In this document: positions 27,698 through 38,600 of the stretch, in pieces | Layout: each line of letters opens with the position of its first letter | How positions within the stretch are numbered: position 1 is the first letter of the stretch | NCBI GenBank assembly: GCA_965285935.1 | Contig: OZ260665.1 | Span: 17,422,001 to 17,486,000 of the forward strand | From: Ophelia neglecta | Lineage: Eukaryota | Direction: 5' to 3' | Length of the DNA stretch: 64,000 nt | Notes under the pieces: model-generated | Seen by the model: the letters and a program-made list of their open reading frames with translations, nothing else | Databases searched by the model: none | What the model was told of the DNA's origin: nothing | Program-made: the position numbers and the translations under genes

Positions 27698-28847
27698 TTA
27701 GCGCAGCATGGGCTGGAGAATGCTGGCATCTGCCAAGCAGACTACTTGGTGCAAAAGTTTGTCCGTTTCCATGCATTTCGTGCAGGCGGCTACATAAGGC
27801 TGGTGGGGGTGCCCATGTAGGGGTCCCAGGCACTCAAAGAGTTCATCAAAAACCTTACCCAACTTGGCCCGAGTAGACACCGATGAAGTGGCAGGTCCTG
27901 TCATTTGATGCAATGTCGTGGCATAGTCTTTCAAACTGTCAATAAACACTGTTTTTAACCCATTAAAGTGGTAGGTTAAGTCCTTTTTAATGTGAGTAAA
28001 TGCTGTGACACCTCTGACATTTCTGGGGATGTCTCAGAGTGGCTTGCTGCGGCACCCGACGTCTGGTCCTCCTTTGTCCTCGTTGGCGTGGTATCCAGGA
28101 CAGCTTGAGGGGTTGGTTTGTAAGTTTTGCCGAAATAGTTCCAGTTGGAACATACGGCGATAATGACAGACCAGTCAGCGTCTTCCTTTTCCGTCGTTCA
28201 TCCACACAGGGCGCACTTAATGGACAGATCGGTGACGACAAGTTTAACATCAGATCCAATGAAGGCATACTAAGGACACCCGTCTTCCTCTGAGGTGTCG
28301 CCTCCAGCGGCGTCGCCAAGGCGTCCACGTCAATTGGCCCAAGATCCGGCAGCTTCGCTGGGGGAACGCACGCTGAGCTGTCCAGCATTTCCTTCTCCAC
28401 CAGCTGAGACAGCGTGGTTGCACTCTTTGGTAAGAGGAGGGGCCTTTTGGCCTTGACCGGCCGAATGTCCGAGGTGCACGTCTCGATTTTTCGCTTGACG
28501 TTACTCTTCTTTGCTTGTTGGTTAGTGTCCTTTTTGCCCTGAGTGGCTTTCACCGGCGTCGCAGTGACCTGTCGACCGTCCCGAAGCACCCAGCCCTCTT
28601 TAAAAATGTCCCTCGCTGTGGGGTTGGGTTTCAATTCACTTGGCGCGCTCATCTGCTCCAACCTGTTTTTTAGGTGTCCTTTTGATTCCTTGTGCAAGCT
28701 ATAATCATAGCGAGCCCGGCAATACCATAAACACTTGTCCACTGGACATACATATGGCCACTCGTCCTGCGGGATATGGTTGTAGATATGGCGGAGTACT
28801 TGTACTTTCTTCTCACTGGAAAAATCTCCCCTCTTGCAGGAAAACAT
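27698..28847 (-). pseudogene. Gypsy accessory ORF3 with N-terminal C2H2-type zinc fingers (frameshifted)
   Basis: FSCKRGDF..VLRHIYNH-IPQDEWPYV-CPVDKC-x12-H-x5-H, then a basic/low-complexity middle and a helical C-terminus with HGHPH..CTKC in a shifted frame (27698-27949). It lies between integrase and the PPT on the element's sense strand. Confidence 0.7.
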
Positions 28848-29049
28848 GTTGATCTAGGATCAAGAATAAAAACTTTTAGACCGTTAATATATATATCCTT
28901 AATAGAAAACAGTATCAACTTGCCAGTGCCAGCCAAATGTCAGTCTTTTATAAGTTATTCAGGGAAAGAATTAGTTTTCTTTTCCAATTTTCCAAATTGG
29001 AACCTAGGAAGGGGGTTAATTTGTTATGATGGACGATTTTTCTGGTCCC

Positions 29050-32000
29050 GCCCTTGTTCATTTGTATCTGAAAGTTTAGATCACCAATAGTCTTGGTGAT
29101 TACATAAGGCCCTTTCCATTATTTTCCAGTTTGTGGCATATACCAGGTTTAGTCAGTTCATTTAGTAACCAGACAGCATCACCGACTTTGTATTTGATGA
29201 CAGATATATTGGTGTTGTATGCAGCCTGTTGGCTTCTAGTTTTAACATGGAGGTATTTTCTGGCTAATTGGTGAGCCACGTTTGAGTCTTTTATTAGTTC
29301 AGCGAGATAGTCCACTGGACTCTTGTAGCCGTGGTCCTTGGTTGGTGGGCCATACACTAGTGTGGTAGGAGCACGAACTTCCCGTCCCGTCATGAGAATA
29401 TTCGGAGTGAATTTGGTGCTTTCATGTGGGGAGGAGTTGTAAGCTGCTGCGAGGCACCCCAAGTTTCGGTCCCATTGGTTTTGTTTACCACCGATGTAAG
29501 ACTTTATCATTTTTATCAAGGTAGAATTGAATCGCTCCACCATTCCATTGCCTTCTGGATGTCGGGGAAAAGTCCGTGTTTTGTTAATCTTGAGAATTTT
29601 ACACATTTCCTGGAAAAGTTCCGACTCATAGCTTCGAGCCTGGTCTGTGTGTATACTCAGAGGTACGCCCCAGGTAGCAATGAATGTGTTGACCAAAACT
29701 TCAGCGCAGGCTTTGGCAGTGGCATCCGGTATGGCATGAATCTCAACGTACTTGGTGAAGTAGTCTTGAACCACCATTACATATTTATTTCCTCGAGGAG
29801 TTCTAGGTAATGGCCCCAGTAGATCAGTAGCAACTTTGTCCAATGGGAAGCCGGTCTTCACCTGTCCCAGCGGCGCTTTTGGTTTTCTTTGCAGCTTCCG
29901 GTTGGCTCCACAGATCTCACATTGCCTAACCCACTGATATATACATTCTTTCATTTTATACCAGTAGTACTGTTTCATGAGCTTGATATAAGTTTTCTTA
30001 TAACCCATGTGCCCTGCCAGAATGTTATTGTGACCCATCCCTTATATGTCGCTTTTGAGTTTTTCAGGCACAATAAGCTGTTGAGTTGCAGAAACAGGAT
30101 CTCTTCTGACCAGCCTCCCCTGATCGAATGACAGGTTGTCCCAACTCAACCAGAGATGTCTCAGGACCGGGCTTTGGAACGACACATCTTTGAGAGGTGG
30201 TCTATTTGGTGACTCATTCTTCCAGATGATTATAGGATAGATATCAGGATCTTCTTCTTGCATTTTTCTAAACATTACGTTATCAGATGAGTCAACCCAA
30301 TTACACGTAGTAGCAGTTGATATTGCAGGGTTGGCGGATAAAGGAGTTTCTGCCTGACTTGTTGAATTGTCCCGCTTGGCAGCCTTCCTTGTGGTCACTG
30401 ACCGTGTGGGGAGTTTTTCTTCATGTTCAGATTTTTTAATACAGGCTTTACATGGTCCACATGGTAATTTTTCCTCTTCACAGGTGCAGTTATCTGGTTG
30501 ACAAGGACCCCTTGACATGCCGTCTGCATTCGAGTGACGAGCGCCAGGACGATATTCAATAGTAAAATCATAGCTAGCTAACCACTCTAACCATCTTGCC
30601 GTCTGTCCTGTAGGGTCTCTGAGGCGAAAAAGCCATTTCAGGGGCTGATGATCCGACCGAACGATGAATGGACGTCCAATCAGATAGTTCCTGAAGTATT
30701 CAATGAAGTAAACTATAGCTAAAAGTTCTTTCCTGGTTACACAGTATTTTCTTTCAGCTTGATTCATGGATCTGCTGGCATATGATATAACTCTTTCAGT
30801 GCCATTCTGCAACTGCGATAAGACACCGCCAACTCCATAGTCAGACGCATCGGTGTCCAGAATAAAATTGCTTGTTTGGTCTGGATAAGCTAGAATTGGT
30901 GCTGAGGTAAGTTTCCCCTTTAGAGTTTCAAATGCGGTTTGACAGTCCTGTGTCCAATCAAAAGATTCCCCCTTTCCCGTCAATCGGGTGAGTGGGCTTG
31001 CTATATTTGCAAAAATCTTTATAAATTTCCTATAATAGGATGCAAAACCGATGAAAGATCTCAACTGAGTAACTGTTTTGGGTCTCTCCCATTTCTCTAC
31101 TGCTACGATTTTGCTCAATTCTGTGGAGATTCCATCTTCGCTAACTGAGTGACCCAAAAACGTAACTTGTTTCTGTAGAATATGGCATTTTGAAGGTTTC
31201 AACTTGAGGTTTGCTTGGGTCAGCCTTTTAAAAACATCCTCCAGTCTAGCCAGGTGGTGTGGTATGGTTGCACTGAATATAATTATATCATCCAAATAAA
31301 TGAAACAAGTCTGCCATTGTAAGCCACGTAAAACACTTTCCATGCAGCGCTCAAAGGAGCTGAGAGCTCCGGCCAAACCGAAAGGTAGAGAATTGAACTC
31401 GTACAACCCGGACTTTGTGACAAAAGCAGTTTTAGGCTTGTCTTCTTCTCGAACCTTAATCTGCCAATATCCAGCAGATAAGTCAACGACAGAAAAATAC
31501 TTTGACCCAGCCAGTGACTCGAAACAGTCGTCGGCCCTCGGAAGGGGGTAAGAGTCTTTTTTCGTTATCTCATTCAGCCTTCGGTAATCAATACAGAAAC
31601 GAGTGGTTTTGTCCTTCTTCATTACTAAACAAACAGGAGATGCCCATGGGCTGCTGGACTCACGGATTACACCTTGTTGTAACATAGACTGTATTTCTTT
31701 TTCTTCTTCACCCTTGAATGCCAGAGGGGTACGTCTCGGCTTCTGCCTGGCTGGTCGAGCATCGCCAGTGTCAATTATGTGTTCAACAGTATCGCAGTGT
31801 CCTAGATCAGTTTTTCCTTTAGAAAAAATATTCTGATAGTCAACAATAAGTTTCGTTAACATATAAGAATCTGACTCTGTGAGGCCCTCTGTGGCCCTTT
31901 CACAGAGTTCTAATAAATGTTCAGGTATGATCAGTGGCTTGTCCCTAATCTCGACATTTCCCACCTTTACAGCGTCATTCGGCCTAAATGACTGCTTCAC

Positions 32001-32828
32001 GGCTATTCTCCTCACTGCTTCCTCTGACACGTCATTCTCTGATTCTGAATATAACACCTGTTGTTCCGATTCGATATCAAATATTTCACCCAGACAGGTA
32101 TTACAATGCATCACTACTGGCTTGCTCTGAGGATTCAAGATTCTGATTGGAATAGTCTTTTCGTAAGGGTCCACTAACGTGGCGGCCATCTTGATAACAT
32201 ACTTTTCTTCTACTGCAGGCAGTGGTTCAAAGAGTGCTCTGTCCCTACCAATACGTAAAACGTTTCTCCCTTCTATTATCATTTCAGATTTTGCAGGTAT
32301 GACATTATCTTCCACCATAAAAACCTTGCATGCACCCACGGCATTTGTCCGTCTGACTTCTGCTTTTTCTCCCATGAGCAATCTGCCTTTCTGCAGGTCG
32401 ATATGGCAACGATGTTTTCTAAGGAAATCTAACCCAATTATCCCACAGTCACTGATGGCCGCTACAATAACTTCATGTGACACCTCTTTGTCACCGACTG
32501 CTATTTTCATTTCAGCGCAACCAAGAGTCCTGAGCGGATCTCCATTGGCCATTTCCAGCTTATGTCTTCTGTCACTACCTTCTATGATAACCGGTTTATT
32601 TTCTACAGAAAGTTTCTTGTAAGTTTAAGTTAGTATTGTCCTGCTAGCACCAGTGTCCAATAAAAAGGGAACGTCCAATTGTCCCACCCTACAGTTAACA
32701 AAAATTCCTTTTTCAGCTGCCGTTCTACTGATATGCACAACTTCAATGTCATTTTCTTCCGTACTACAGGTTTCACCGGTCGACTCTGGGCCGTTAGAAT
32801 CGACCGATCCTAGTTTTCCGACTGACAC
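29050..32828 (-). pseudogene. pol: Gypsy pol (protease, RT, RNase H, integrase) with in-frame stops
   Basis: FLLDTGAS protease; RFCIDYRRLN and FIYLDDII RT; DTDAS RNase H; GHMG..CEIC, DLLGP, TDQ, GMVERFN integrase. TAA stops at 32625 and 30042 in the same frame, and a frameshift near 29120. Confidence 0.95.
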
Positions 32829-33837
32829 GTTGGCAAATCACACTGCTCTAGTGAGCGGGTCGGAATAGGTTCCTGTGCTTTATTTCTTCTCTCTTTTTCA
32901 GGGCAGTCCTTGGCATAGTGGCCAGCCCCATTACAGGCAAAAGAGAAAAATTCTGTTTTCTGCCTCGTTACCGGTTTTGCCGAAAAATTATTGGCCACGA
33001 GCTGCTCCAATAGATGAATTGTTTTCTCCAATAGTTTCTGTAACCCATCCGTACTTCCAGGTTTCTCTCTTGGCTTCATATACTTGCTCACTTTCACTGT
33101 ATCAATATCTATATCAGAGACCTCTTCGTCATCGACTGATGGACGAACCATTCTGACAGCTTTTCGTGGGTGCTTGCCCTTCAAAGAAACATATGAGTAG
33201 TAGGCTGCTACTAAGTCCACAGCTTCGTCTAAGGTACGGGGCTTTTGTAGATATTTGACACGATACTCGGTTTCTTGATCACGGAGTCCATCAAAAAATT
33301 GCTTCAACAACATGTCCTCCTTCACCGCCTGTGACACACCAGTAGGGTAAACTCGCTGTATAAGAGATTTCAAATCAGCTGCAAATTCACGTGGGGTCTC
33401 ATTTTGTCGGATAGATCGGTTGTAAAATAGAGTTTGACAAGCTTCTCTAGTTTCAACAATCTGGAATCTTCTTTGCAAATGAAATTTTAGGAGATTGTAG
33501 TCGGTAAGCACTTCTGGCTCCAGTTCAAAAGCAAAATCTGCAGCTATGTCTGAAAGACTAGCTAACAATTGATTCAGTCTAAGATTTATGTCCACACCTG
33601 CCGTCATGAGTTCGAACCTTCGAATGAAGGTGTTCCATTTCGTCTTCCCATCACAAAGTGGTGTTCTTAACGGTTTTGGTCTGGGTAGGTCATATCTTGG
33701 TTGCTGGGGCCAGTTGTTTCCTGGATAAACCGTTCCGTCCGTGTAACCATGATAAGGCTCATGATACTCTGTTTCCCACTGCTCAGCCGCATAGAATGAG
33801 GGCTGAGAAGTAGCTCGCCTAGGCTCAGCAGCATGAT
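32810..33837 (-). pseudogene. gag: Gypsy gag, 3' part
   Basis: CDGKTKWNTFIRRFEL..QNETPREFAADL..QFFDGL..PRTLDEAV, and degenerate zinc knuckle SFACNGAGHYAKDC; the frame is open from the LINE junction to 32810. Confidence 0.85.
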
Positions 33838-34851
33838 GAAATAAAGAAAATAGCTATTCACATGAAACCAAAATCATCTTGTGGCTTTGACAATCAGTCC
33901 CCAAAATTTATTAAACAAATCCTTCCTTCTGTTATTTTTCCTTTATTACAGTGTGACTGCAGTAGGAGAGACGATGACTAGGTTTGTGTTTCATACGGCT
34001 TTATTGTTTCTTAAATGAATGCCATGGACACCTTGGGTACCGTGAAACTGTAACAAATAAACTCACGATATATTCTTTACATATTGCACAGAGATCACAA
34101 CACAATTACACATGATAACATATACAAGTAAACGATGTAACGAACCTCTTTGGCCTCTTACAGTTCTGGCTCCTACATACAGTTATACTGTCGACCGTAT
34201 CGCTGTCGACTTCACCGAGAACACATGCACTGTCGCCGCTCACATAACGACAACCGCTACCGCAGACGCGTTGATGACCACTGACCAAATCTCAATATAC
34301 CAGATATCTTAGTGCCTTACGCAACAGAGCCGAGTCTCGGTACCGGAAGGTAAGGAAAGATCCGAGATCGCTGGTCAGGTACCCTGGTCATCAGTAGTGG
34401 TCAGCGGTCTGTCACACATAGCTATTTACAGTATACATAAATAGTAGTGACTACTTTCCGACCGGCCACTTATACGGCCACTTATACTAATAAAGTAGCA
34501 ACATTTACACTCCCGCCTGGAAATTAGGTTGTTTCCACAATTTCAATATATACACTTATCGTAGCTTGATATACATTAGTCAAAGCAACAATAATAACAC
34601 AATGGGAATACCTGAAATAAAGGGACCTGCAACAATATACACGAGATTCGTCAGTTTTCATACCTCGAATTGCCGATCTCTTGAGGCACGACAATAAATG
34701 CAATGTCGAGCCGTTACTAAACGGCCTCAAGTGCTGAAATACAATTTGTCACGACGTTAGAAACTTAAATAATGAAAGGATTAGTACCGGGAACGATAGC
34801 CCTATCGACATTAGACCGATGAGATGATTGATTAGAACGGAAGACAACCGC

Positions 34852-37800
34852 CTACGATTTAGATTCTAGTAAGAGTACCAGCTTGCAGACTGGTCTCTCA
34901 TATTCAGACAAAGGTGTCAGTCGTTCACCCTTGTTGTTCAGTTTGGTATCGCCGACTGCGATTTTAACCTTTCTTACTCTTTCATCCTTACTCGGATAAA
35001 CATCAGTGACTCGAGCTAACTGCCAATGGTTTCGGGGCGAGTCATCTTTGGTTATCACAATATCCCCGATCGCCAAGTTGCGTTGTGGCCTGCACCATTT
35101 CTTGCGGGCCTGCAGATTTTGCAAGAACTCAAGGCGCCAGCGAGACCAGAAAATATTTGCGAGATACTGCACTCGTCTCCAACGCCTTCTGACGTACAAG
35201 TCGGCTTCCTGAAATTCTCCAGGGGGTGACACGACAATCTGTGACTTCATGGTCAGGATTTGGTTGGGACTGAGGGGTTTTAAGGACGTTGGGTCGTTGA
35301 GATTGTCTGTTGTCAATGGACGGGCATTGAGAATTGCGGCTACTTCCGCAAGAAAGGTTCTCAATGAATCATCGTCCAACTGAGAACCCGAACGATCCAA
35401 CAAGGTAGTCAGGATGGATCTGACAGAGCGAATCTGTCGCTCCCAAACGCCACCAAAATGACTAGAATACGGTGGGTTCATCTGGAAAGAGAAGTCACAG
35501 TTGTTGCTTAGGAGAAATTGCTTGATACTACTGTGGTTCATCTCCTTCCAACATTCAGAAATTTCGCGTTTTGCTCCTACGAAATTTGTGCCCTGATCAG
35601 ACCGCAATACGCGAATGGTTCCACGGAGGGCAATGAAACGACGGAGTGAATTGATGAAAGATGAGGTATCTAATGATGGAACGACTTCGATATGGACGGC
35701 TCTGCACGCTAGACATGTATAAAGCGCCCCGTACCTCTTTACGCGCTTACGACCTTTAGTTACACACCATGGACCAAAGAGATCTACGGCACAGAAGGAA
35801 AAGGGTGGAGCAGAATCCAATCGATCCTTGGGGAGATCGGCCATTATCTGACAGACTGGCTGACCACGATATTTTCTGCACAGGACACATTTGTGAATGA
35901 GTTCTGAAACAGCGGAAGAACAACCTATGACCCAAAACCCACTATTTCGGATCATGTTAACGGTCATGCCACGGCCTTGGTGCTGTACAAGTTCATGACA
36001 GTATTGGATAATGAGGCGTGTAGCCAAATGCCTCCTCGGTAGGACCAGTGGAAACATTTCGTCAAATGGCAAGTCCGCTCGTCTCAAGCGACCACCTACC
36101 CTTAAAAGGCCGTCTTCATCAATGAAAGGGTCCAATTTATACAATTGACTGCCTTTCTTCAAGACTGCGTGGCGTTCCTTTACACGAACTCTATCGGTTT
36201 CGGAGGCAGAAACATCAAGAGAAGACAGAACCCTCAGTTCAGTTTCAAAGGCTTCGGCTTGGGTCAGCCGAACAATCTCCCTCTCAGAAATGGAGATATC
36301 TTCTGGTGTAACGGGTAAGTTTGCTGGTTTCTGTCTTAATCGTGCTTTATATTTCAGACAAAGTGCGATGGCTCGTTTTGCTTTGAACCAGTCTGAGAAA
36401 TAACCAAGAAGGCTAGACACGAACATGTTCGGATAGTTGACTGACAACGAGTGCACTTTAACTGCCTTGACTTCGGGATCGGAGACTGTGAATTCGACAT
36501 CCTTCCCGAGAGATTGAACCGGAAGCTCTGGCTTCCACAAAAAGGGGGGGCATCTGAGCCATATGGAACTTTCAACAAACTGCCTTGTGGACATACCTCT
36601 CGACGCTTCATCGGCCGGATTTTCACCCGTCGCTACGTAACCCCATTGGCATGGCTTGGTCTGATCCCTAATTTGTTGGACTCTATTGGCTACAAATGTG
36701 TGAAATCTCTTTGCATCATTTGAGATATAACCTAGCACAATCATACTGTCCGACCAGAAGTACTCCACAACGTTTTCATAATCAAGCTCTTTCCTTAGAA
36801 TATTGCTGACCCTTACAGATACGAGAGCGGCGGTCAGCTCCAGTCGTGGTACGGTGATCACCCTCATAGGCGCTACCCGAGCCTTCCCCATGACGAATGA
36901 GCAATGAACTCGCCCTGTACTGTCAATCAAGCGAAGGTAAGAACATTGACCATAGCCAAATGTACTAGCGTCGGAAAAGTGATGCAACTCCACCCCAACA
37001 CAATCGAAACTGCGGGGACAAAACGATCTATTGATTTGGAGTGAGTCAAGGAGAAACAGACTTTCACGCCACTGCTCCCACAGCATTCTGCACTCTTGGG
37101 GAATCGTTTCGTCCCAGCCTGCGCCATCTCGACAGAGCGACTGCAAAATCGACTTTCCGACTAAAACCACAGGTGCTATCAGACCCAGCGGGTCGTAGAT
37201 AGAACTGACTGTGGACAGAACTCCTCTGCGAGTGAGGGGCCTATCCTGCAGGGTTATTCGGAATTTTATTGTATCTGACTCAATACACCAATAGAGACCG
37301 AGGGCTTTCTCGATGGGGAGTGGATCGTTCGACAGTACATCGAATTCTTGAAGACCACAGGCCCGGTCTTCCGGCCTCACAGCATCAATCAATTCCCTAG
37401 CATTGGAAACGATTTTGTGCAAGCGTAAACCACCACTAGCACAGAGAATTTGGGCTTGTTTAACCAATTCGATTGCTTCATCCACTGTTGGGAGAGAAGC
37501 GAGGCCATCATCAACGTAGAAATTGTGGCGAATGAAATCTGCGGCTGGTCGACCGAACTGCTCTTCGGCGTCGTCAGCCAACCGTTTCAGACCAAAATTG
37601 GCGCAGCCTGGGGAGGATGATGCGCCAAACAAGTGGACAGTCATACGGTACTCCACAATCGCCTTGCCGTCAAACCACAAGAAACGCAAGTAATCTCGGT
37701 GCCTTGCACTGACTGAAAACTGGTAAAACATTTTTTCAACGTCACAAGAAAAGGCAACTGAACTCTGTCGAAACCGACAGAGAACTCCTATGAGCGTGTT

Positions 37801-38600
37801 TGTCAGATCGATGACCGATGACTCTTTCAGCATATCCCCGTTGGATCATGTTTTCAATGAAATCACTGTACTCCCGGTCAGGCTTCAATCGCATGAGCCG
37901 GCGCAAGGCTAGGTGTTTGTTGTTTGGCATAATCGGGTCGTCTTCCTTGAAGGGTAGAGGCATTTCATAGTGTTTATCTCCCCTTTTGATTATCCCCTTC
38001 GACATCATGGATAAGAACTGACTGTCTTCAAAGGAAAGAGGAGGGCCACACTTGTGGTCATCGAAATCCATCTCAAGGATGCTAGTGACCCTTTCAGTGA
38101 GGACCTCATGTACGCTAGTTCGCAAAGTAATAGCGACAGAAGGTAGCTCACTCGTGATGACACAATGGCTCGAACCAAAACCATCACTGTCAACTCCTCT
38201 GTGATCTACGATGCCAACTATACCCCAACCCAAATCAGTCCTTATTGCAAAGGGTTCATTGTACACAGGGGGTATGACATCACGAGGAGCCAAGGCACGG
38301 GAACAGTCATAACCAATGAGGAGACCGATGTGACAGTCACCCAGTGGCATAAGAGAATCGACAATTTTCTCCAAGTGAGGCCATTTACTGGCCATTTCAG
38401 GGGTAGGAATGTGTGTCCGATCTGCTGGCATAATTTCCCTGGTATATGTAGAGGGCAGCTGTAATTTCAGATCACTGTTGTAACCTCTAACAACTAAACC
38501 GTCTACACGGAAGCTTCGGATGGGCTGGTTAACACACGACATTGTTGATAGGGATAAGTTCACTGGAACACCTGTAATTCCCAATTTCTCAGTGAGCCGT
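34852..38600 (-). pseudogene. pol: BEL/Pao pol (partial protease and RT, RNase H, integrase)
   Basis: IGLLIGYD, YEMPLPFK, DVEKMFYQF, HLFGASSSP, FYVDD, LHHFSDAS, PRLEL, HQG..CVLC, DLFGP, SDQGTNF, GGVWER, RWRRVQ. Frame breaks at ~38598 and ~37815 fall where conserved blocks are missing. Confidence 0.92.

Noticed and set aside
32625-32627. In-frame TAA in Gypsy pol as a readthrough signal
   Set aside because: It lies inside the protease domain and other stops and frameshifts are present, so it reflects decay
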